A stretch of 64,000 nucleotides of DNA from positions 3,168,001 through 3,232,000 of the forward strand of contig OY759729.1 in the NCBI GenBank assembly GCA_963662585.1, written 5' to 3'. The notes below the pieces were generated by a model. The model had not been told where the DNA came from, searched no databases, and saw nothing but the letters and a program-made list of their open reading frames with translations. The translations under genes were made by a program, and so were the position numbers. Origin of the DNA: Candidatus Cloacimonadales bacterium (GTDB taxonomy: Bacteria; Cloacimonadota; Cloacimonadia; Cloacimonadales; JAFGVF01). This document shows positions 58,660 through 64,000 of this stretch, in pieces. Numbering within the stretch: the stretch's first letter is position 1; each line of letters begins with the position of its first letter.

Positions 58660-58688
58660 TTGACATAGAATAACTAAAGTCATATTCT
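58660..58688 (+). promoter_or_regulatory. sigma70 promoter of dcw cluster
   Basis: TTGACA - 17 bp - TATTCT. Confidence 0.7.
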
Positions 58689-58741
58689 GTCATTGTTAGG
58701 TAAATAAATGCACTTTTAGGCAAAATTGGGAGAAATAAGGT

Positions 58742-59194
58742 ATGGCAATAACAGCTAAGTTCAATGGAACGCATATCGGAAGCATAACTCAAAATAGAGT
58801 AGTGCTACCAAAGCAGTTCAAAGAAGTTTTGAACACTTATCAAACTGATAAGATAGTCATAACTCTTAGTTCTCAGGGCTGTTTATCCTTATATCCCAAG
58901 GTTGAATTTGAAAGTATCTGTGATATACTTCGGAAAAGTGATAGTGATATAGACTATTGGAGTTTAACCCTTATAGAAGATAACTCAATGGGAGTACAAA
59001 CTTTAGAAGGCAGTGCAGGTAGGTTTAGAATCTCTCAGGAATTAATGGAATCTGCCAGAATTGGCGATAAAGTAAAATTCATTGGTAGAGGAAACCATAT
59101 CTCAATTTGGTCTTTAGAAGAATTTGCAGAGCATCAAAGAGCTCTTATGGAAAATATAAAAAACAGCAAAGAAAGGCCAACGGTGAGAATATGA
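58742..59194 (+). CDS. mraZ: Division/cell wall cluster regulator MraZ (divergent)
   Basis: 150 aa, RVVLPKQFK, CLSLYP, GRFRI, FIGRGNHISIWS; first gene before rsmH. Confidence 0.8.
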   Translation: MAITAKFNGTHIGSITQNRVVLPKQFKEVLNTYQTDKIVITLSSQGCLSLYPKVEFESICDILRKSDSDIDYWSLTLIEDNSMGVQTLEGSAGRFRISQELMESARIGDKVKFIGRGNHISIWSLEEFAEHQRALMENIKNSKERPTVRI

Positions 59195-60117
59195 CATATC
59201 ATGTACCTGTAATGTTAAAAGAATGTATTCAAGGTTTAAATATCCAAGACAATTCTATAATCGTAGATGCAACAATGGGCGGTGGTGGCCATTCCGAAGC
59301 GATTCTTGAAGCTAATCCTAAGGCTTTGCTATATGCCTTTGATCAAGACCCTGATTCAATTGCTTTTGCAACTGAAAGACTAAAGAGATTTGGAGATAGA
59401 GTAACTATTATAGAAGATAACTTTGTTAATATGCGCACTCGTCTTGCTTTTTGTGAAATCAATAGGGTTGATGGCATACTCTTTGATTTAGGAGTAAGTT
59501 CATTTCAAATAGATGAAGCTAGCAGAGGTTTCTCTTTTTCTCAAGATTCTCCTTTAGATATGCGGATGGATAAATCACGCGATCTCACAGCAGAAATGAT
59601 TCTTAATGAGTATAGTTTAGACTCATTAACAAAAGTAATTAGAGATTTTGGGGAAGAGAAAGCAGCTAGAAGGATTGCTACATTAATAGTAGAAGAGAGA
59701 GAGAAGATAAAATTCACTTCTTCAACAGATCTTAACAAATTAATTGAAGCTAATTTTAAAATGAATCCAAAGTTTTTAACTAAAACACTTTCAAGAGTTT
59801 ATCAAGCTTTACGCATAGAGGTCAATCGCGAAATGGAAGTGTTATCAACAGTTCTTAAAGATGCATTAAACATTCTAAACCCGGGCGGTAGGTTAGTGAT
59901 AGAGTCTTATCATAGTTTAGAAGATAAGATAGTAAAAGATTTCATGAAATTCGAATCTTTAGAGTGTACATGTCCCCCTAATTTTCCAATTTGTAATTGT
60001 GGAAAAAAAACTACACTCAAGATATTAACCAGAAAGCCATTAACGGCTGTCAGCGAAGAGGTTACATCTAATAGTCGTGCACGAAGTGCTAAGCTAAGAA
60101 TCGCTGAGAAGCTATAA
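59191..60117 (+). CDS. rsmH: 16S rRNA (cytosine1402-N4)-methyltransferase
   Basis: YHVPVM, DATMGGGGHS, DLGVSSFQ, PLDMRMD, QALRIEVN, HSLED, RARSAKLR; start moved to ATG 59191. Confidence 0.97.
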   Translation: MTYHVPVMLKECIQGLNIQDNSIIVDATMGGGGHSEAILEANPKALLYAFDQDPDSIAFATERLKRFGDRVTIIEDNFVNMRTRLAFCEINRVDGILFDLGVSSFQIDEASRGFSFSQDSPLDMRMDKSRDLTAEMILNEYSLDSLTKVIRDFGEEKAARRIATLIVEEREKIKFTSSTDLNKLIEANFKMNPKFLTKTLSRVYQALRIEVNREMEVLSTVLKDALNILNPGGRLVIESYHSLEDKIVKDFMKFESLECTCPPNFPICNCGKKTTLKILTRKPLTAVSEEVTSNSRARSAKLRIAEKL

Positions 60118-60138
60118 AAAACATCTTAAGGAGTTGGG

Positions 60139-60507
60139 ATGAAAAATTTTATTAAATTTACGGTTACACTAGTAATAATTGGGTCAATTTTCTTTTTATT
60201 CAATGGAATTCTTGATCATTATAGTATTAAACATAGTAAGCAAGCTCTCAAATATGAAAGACTTTACAATAGTAAGGTATCAACTTATGCCAGTAAGAAG
60301 TCAGATTTATCATATTATCGCTCAGGTCTTTATGTTAAAAAAGTTGCTCAAGAAAGATATGGTTTTATAGACCCAAATGATGATCCAGCTTTAATAAGTT
60401 ATAGCAAAGTTTATACTGATGAAAAAAATACCAGTTTAACAGTTATCTTGGATCTCTTTACTACCTCATTGAGTGCTGATGAATTAAAAACAATTTATCC
60501 TTATTAA
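60139..60507 (+). CDS. FtsL-like bitopic cell division protein
   Basis: N-terminal TM, coiled region, VKKVAQERYGF; position between rsmH and ftsI. Confidence 0.55.
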   Translation: MKNFIKFTVTLVIIGSIFFLFNGILDHYSIKHSKQALKYERLYNSKVSTYASKKSDLSYYRSGLYVKKVAQERYGFIDPNDDPALISYSKVYTDEKNTSLTVILDLFTTSLSADELKTIYPY

Positions 60508-60514
60508 TCCCATA

Positions 60515-62698
60515 ATGAATGGCAAAAGATACAATTTCCTATTAATTCTGTTTCTTATGATAGCTGTGCTTTGGATAGCGCAGCTATTTTTAATCCAAGT
60601 AAAGGATGTCTATAATCTTAAAAGATTACGATTAAGAAGAAATAGTCCTGTTAAAGAATTCATAAACCCTATGAGAGGCAGTATTTACGATAGGAATCAA
60701 GAATTATTAGTTACCACAGAAAAGTACTTTCAGGTAGACATTGATTTTAAGGCAATCAGCAATTATTTATCTAGAAATAATGATAATCGAACAATTTCTG
60801 ATATAAAAGAAAAAATTGCTAATTTGAGTAGTAAGATCACTGATGAAAAATTAGATGTTTTACAAAAACGATTAAATTCTGCTAGTCCCATACTTTTTTA
60901 TAGTATAAATGAAATGCAATTAGATGAATTACTAACTTCATTTAAAAGAAATAAGATACCTGGATATATTACAGAGTTTATAGGTTATAAAAGAAAATAT
61001 ATGTCTGAAAATATAGCTCCTCGCTTGATAGGGAATATCAAAGAGAGTAGGGAGACTATTTCAGCAACTAGAATTAATAAGTCAAAATATTCTATTGAGG
61101 GAATCACTGGGATTGAGGCTTCTTTTAATGATGAATTAAGTGGTAAATTTGGCTGGCAAGAAGTAATCAAGGATGCTAAAGGAAATAATATTCCTGCCCT
61201 TGGACTTCAAAGTAAGGAAGTAGTTGATGGCTATAATCTCTATCTTTCTATTGATAGTGGACTTCAGTTTGAAGTAGAGGCAATACTCCGAGAAAAAATT
61301 CAGGAATATCAAGCAGAAGTAGGGATGTGTACAGTAATGGACCCAAATACAGGAGAGATTCTAGTAATGGCAGGTTTAACTGAAGATGATATTCACACAG
61401 ACTCGGCTCTCCTTAGAAGTTATAGTAATTTGCCAGTAAGTTATAAATTTGAACCTGGTTCTACTTTTAAGCCTTTCACTATGCTGGGGGCAATGGATAA
61501 TGGTGTCTATGACCCATCAGAAAAAATCGACTGTAAAACATATTACCCAGATTATACTGGACAGAAGAAAAATAAAGAAAGAAAAATTACTGATGACCAT
61601 CCCTTAGATTATCCTTTAACTGGTGAAGAGATTATCGCTCATTCATCGAATGTTGGAATCGCTAAAATTGCTGAGAGATTAGGAGAAGATAAATTTTATC
61701 AACTACTAAGGAAAATGGGTTTTGGTCAAACAGTGCCAACAAAATTATATGGTTTAACTAAGGGGCAGTTAAGTCCTATTTATCAATGGACACAATTTTC
61801 GCTACACTCGATCTCTTTTGGACAAGAAATTGGTGTTACCCAACTTCAACTTGCAAATGCCTACTGTGCAATTGCTAACGGGGGAGATTTATTAGCTCCG
61901 CGAATAATTACTAAAATTACTGATAGTAATGGAAATGTCGTATCTACTTCTGAAAGACAAGCCTTAAGAAAGATTGCTAAAGAATCTTCCATCACCGAAA
62001 TTAAGAAATATCTTGAAAAGGTTTTTGATTATGGAACTGGTAAGTATTTTCAAAATGAGATAATCGGATTAGCAGGTAAAACAGGTACAGCTGAAGTTAA
62101 ATCAGCAAAAACCAGAAATACTAATAAATGGGAATATACTTCCACTTTTGTAGGATATCTACCTAAAGATGATCCTAAATTCGTTATTGTGGTTACCTTT
62201 GATAAACCTGCAAGAAAATATAGATTTGCTGCTACTTCTGCACTCCCTACTTTTGAAAAAGTATATGAAAGACTAATTTCAACTAAGCAAAATCACATAA
62301 ATTTTGATTACACATTAAAGAATAGTGATATGTTGTTAATGCCTGATTTACAGGGTTTAACAATAGCCGAAGCTGAGGAGATTATCAAGGGAATGGGAGT
62401 TGAATATATTACTACCCCTAAAAGGATGAGTGCGAAAGTAAATCAGCAATATCCAGCTCCTGGGGTTCTCTTCCGCAAAGACGGTAATAAAGTCCTTTTC
62501 TTTAGTACCATCACTGAAAGTATAGATAGTGATGTTTTACCCGATTTCCGAAATACCCCTCTAAGAAGAGCATTAGAGTTTTGCATAAAAAAGAATATAA
62601 AGATTGACTCTAAAGGTAAAGGGATAGTTTATCAGCAAAATATACCTCCAGGAACAAAAATAACTGAAGATATGAAATTAATCATTAAGTGTCGATAG
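60515..62698 (+). CDS. ftsI: Class B penicillin-binding protein (FtsI/PBP3) with C-terminal PASTA domains
   Basis: RGSIYDRN, EPGSTFKP (SxxK), SSN, KTGT; PASTA-like MPDLQGLT and LPDFRN. Confidence 0.9.
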   Translation: MNGKRYNFLLILFLMIAVLWIAQLFLIQVKDVYNLKRLRLRRNSPVKEFINPMRGSIYDRNQELLVTTEKYFQVDIDFKAISNYLSRNNDNRTISDIKEKIANLSSKITDEKLDVLQKRLNSASPILFYSINEMQLDELLTSFKRNKIPGYITEFIGYKRKYMSENIAPRLIGNIKESRETISATRINKSKYSIEGITGIEASFNDELSGKFGWQEVIKDAKGNNIPALGLQSKEVVDGYNLYLSIDSGLQFEVEAILREKIQEYQAEVGMCTVMDPNTGEILVMAGLTEDDIHTDSALLRSYSNLPVSYKFEPGSTFKPFTMLGAMDNGVYDPSEKIDCKTYYPDYTGQKKNKERKITDDHPLDYPLTGEEIIAHSSNVGIAKIAERLGEDKFYQLLRKMGFGQTVPTKLYGLTKGQLSPIYQWTQFSLHSISFGQEIGVTQLQLANAYCAIANGGDLLAPRIITKITDSNGNVVSTSERQALRKIAKESSITEIKKYLEKVFDYGTGKYFQNEIIGLAGKTGTAEVKSAKTRNTNKWEYTSTFVGYLPKDDPKFVIVVTFDKPARKYRFAATSALPTFEKVYERLISTKQNHINFDYTLKNSDMLLMPDLQGLTIAEAEEIIKGMGVEYITTPKRMSAKVNQQYPAPGVLFRKDGNKVLFFSTITESIDSDVLPDFRNTPLRRALEFCIKKNIKIDSKGKGIVYQQNIPPGTKITEDMKLIIKCR

Positions 62699-62706
62699 GA
62701 GTAATA

Positions 62707-64000
62707 ATGAAATTTAATATTGAAAAAATTATAGCTATCTTAAAAGACAAAGGCTTGTTTATATCAGCTAATATAGATAATGAATATCTCACTTTAGAGA
62801 ATGTTACTATCGATTCAAGAGAGATTAAGAAGAATGATGTCTTTATCGCTATCGAAGGATTTGAACTTGATGGACATAAGTATATCCCTAAAGCTATTGA
62901 ATTAGGAGCAAATTTAATTATTCATTCTAAAGATATGAGTATAAATGCTAATTCAATCCTGGTCAAAGACAGTAGAAAGGCAGGTTCTCTTATTGCCTCT
63001 GAACTGCATGGAAATCCTTCCTCAAAACTGAAATTAATTGGAATTACAGGGACTAATGGAAAAACAACTAGCTCAACAATAGTATGTGATATCTTAAATA
63101 AAATGGACATTAAATGCGGTATTATAGGAACTTTAGGTTACTCTTTTGGTGATGAAATGTTCCCTCTAAACAGAACAACACCTGATATTGATGAGCTAAA
63201 TAAGATCCTTGCTCAGATGGTGGAAGAAAAATGTCAAGCTGTTGTTATGGAAGTATCTTCTCACTCTTTAGTTCTTGATAGAGTTTACGGACAACAGTTC
63301 TCTGCAATAGGATTTTCTAATCTTACTCAAGATCATCTTGATTTTCATAATACTTTGGAAAACTATTATTTAGCAAAAAAGATTTTATTTGATTCTGCTG
63401 AATCTTCTGACGCCTTTGCGGTGATTAATAATGATGATGAATTTGGGAAACGCTATTATGCTGACTTTAAAGGAAGGAAAGTTTCTTATGGCCTCAATGC
63501 TCAGAATGATGTCTATGCTTCTGATATAGAAAATTCACAAGATTATACCAAGTTTACTTATAATTATGGCAACCTAAAAGAGAAGATAATCTCCAATTAT
63601 ATCGGTGAATTTAATATTTACAACTTAATGCTAGCTTTAACTCTTTGCCGAGAATTGTTTCCTGAACAAAATATAAATTACGAAATATTAGCTTCTCTGA
63701 AAAGGACCAATGGAAGATTAGAACCTTTAAATACTCAGGCCAAAGGGAGAGTATTTCTTGATTATGCTCACACTCCAGATGCAATTGCACAAGTCTTAAA
63801 AACCCTTAAGAAAACTAATCCTAAAAGACTTATTTCTCTTCTAGGGTGTGGGGGAGAAAGAGATAAAGCCAAAAGAAAACCAATGGCTCAGATTGCAGCG
63901 AATTTATCTAATTTAGTAATTATTACAGACGATAATCCTCGTCGAGAAGACAATAATCTTATAATTGCGGATATGGTCCAAGGATTAGAAGCAGAGAATT
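62707..64000 (+). CDS. murE: UDP-N-acetylmuramoyl-L-alanyl-D-glutamate--2,6-diaminopimelate ligase, partial
   Basis: Not in ORF track (runs off edge). ATG 62707; IDSR, GITGTNGKTT, TTPD, MEVSSH, NLTQDHLDFH, DYAHTPD, GCGGERD, DNPR (meso-DAP type). Confidence 0.95.
   Translation, partial: MKFNIEKIIAILKDKGLFISANIDNEYLTLENVTIDSREIKKNDVFIAIEGFELDGHKYIPKAIELGANLIIHSKDMSINANSILVKDSRKAGSLIASELHGNPSSKLKLIGITGTNGKTTSSTIVCDILNKMDIKCGIIGTLGYSFGDEMFPLNRTTPDIDELNKILAQMVEEKCQAVVMEVSSHSLVLDRVYGQQFSAIGFSNLTQDHLDFHNTLENYYLAKKILFDSAESSDAFAVINNDDEFGKRYYADFKGRKVSYGLNAQNDVYASDIENSQDYTKFTYNYGNLKEKIISNYIGEFNIYNLMLALTLCRELFPEQNINYEILASLKRTNGRLEPLNTQAKGRVFLDYAHTPDAIAQVLKTLKKTNPKRLISLLGCGGERDKAKRKPMAQIAANLSNLVIITDDNPRREDNNLIIADMVQGLEAEN

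Overview
AT-rich bacterial chromosome segment, most consistent with a Candidatus Cloacimonadota / FCB-group anaerobe. This is an inference from five large secreted proteins ending in an NYPNPFNPET...KKxILxK C-terminal sorting domain, plus amino-acid fermentation genes. The housekeeping blocks are surE-pcm, iorAB/tnaA, mrp, a CoA-transferase pair, ftsY-xseB-ispA-dut-nadA...pgsA, rsmI-kbl-pdxJ, a 6-tRNA cluster and the start of the dcw cluster (mraZ-rsmH-ftsL-ftsI-murE). Two surface-protein regions interrupt them (14.4-21.8 kb and 41-58.2 kb). The most notable unexplained structures are: (1) an ECF sigma factor with a SnoaL-like C-terminal extension, divergent from a GGAACTT-N16-GTCTA ECF-type promoter that points at two small related secreted peptides and a beta-helix surface protein; (2) an ungapped 64-bp quasi-palindromic element present three times (12171, 39005, 58341); (3) two pairs of surface-protein paralogues whose 5' parts are diverged but whose 3' ends and downstream non-coding DNA are nearly identical; (4) conserved 5' and structured 3' UTR motifs on the giant genes; (5) a PTS-IIA / CPA2 / PII-like / CPA2 operon; (6) several REP-like palindrome mosaics. 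No CRISPR-Cas, transposase, integrase or reverse transcriptase is seen. All assignments are by eye; no database searches were run.
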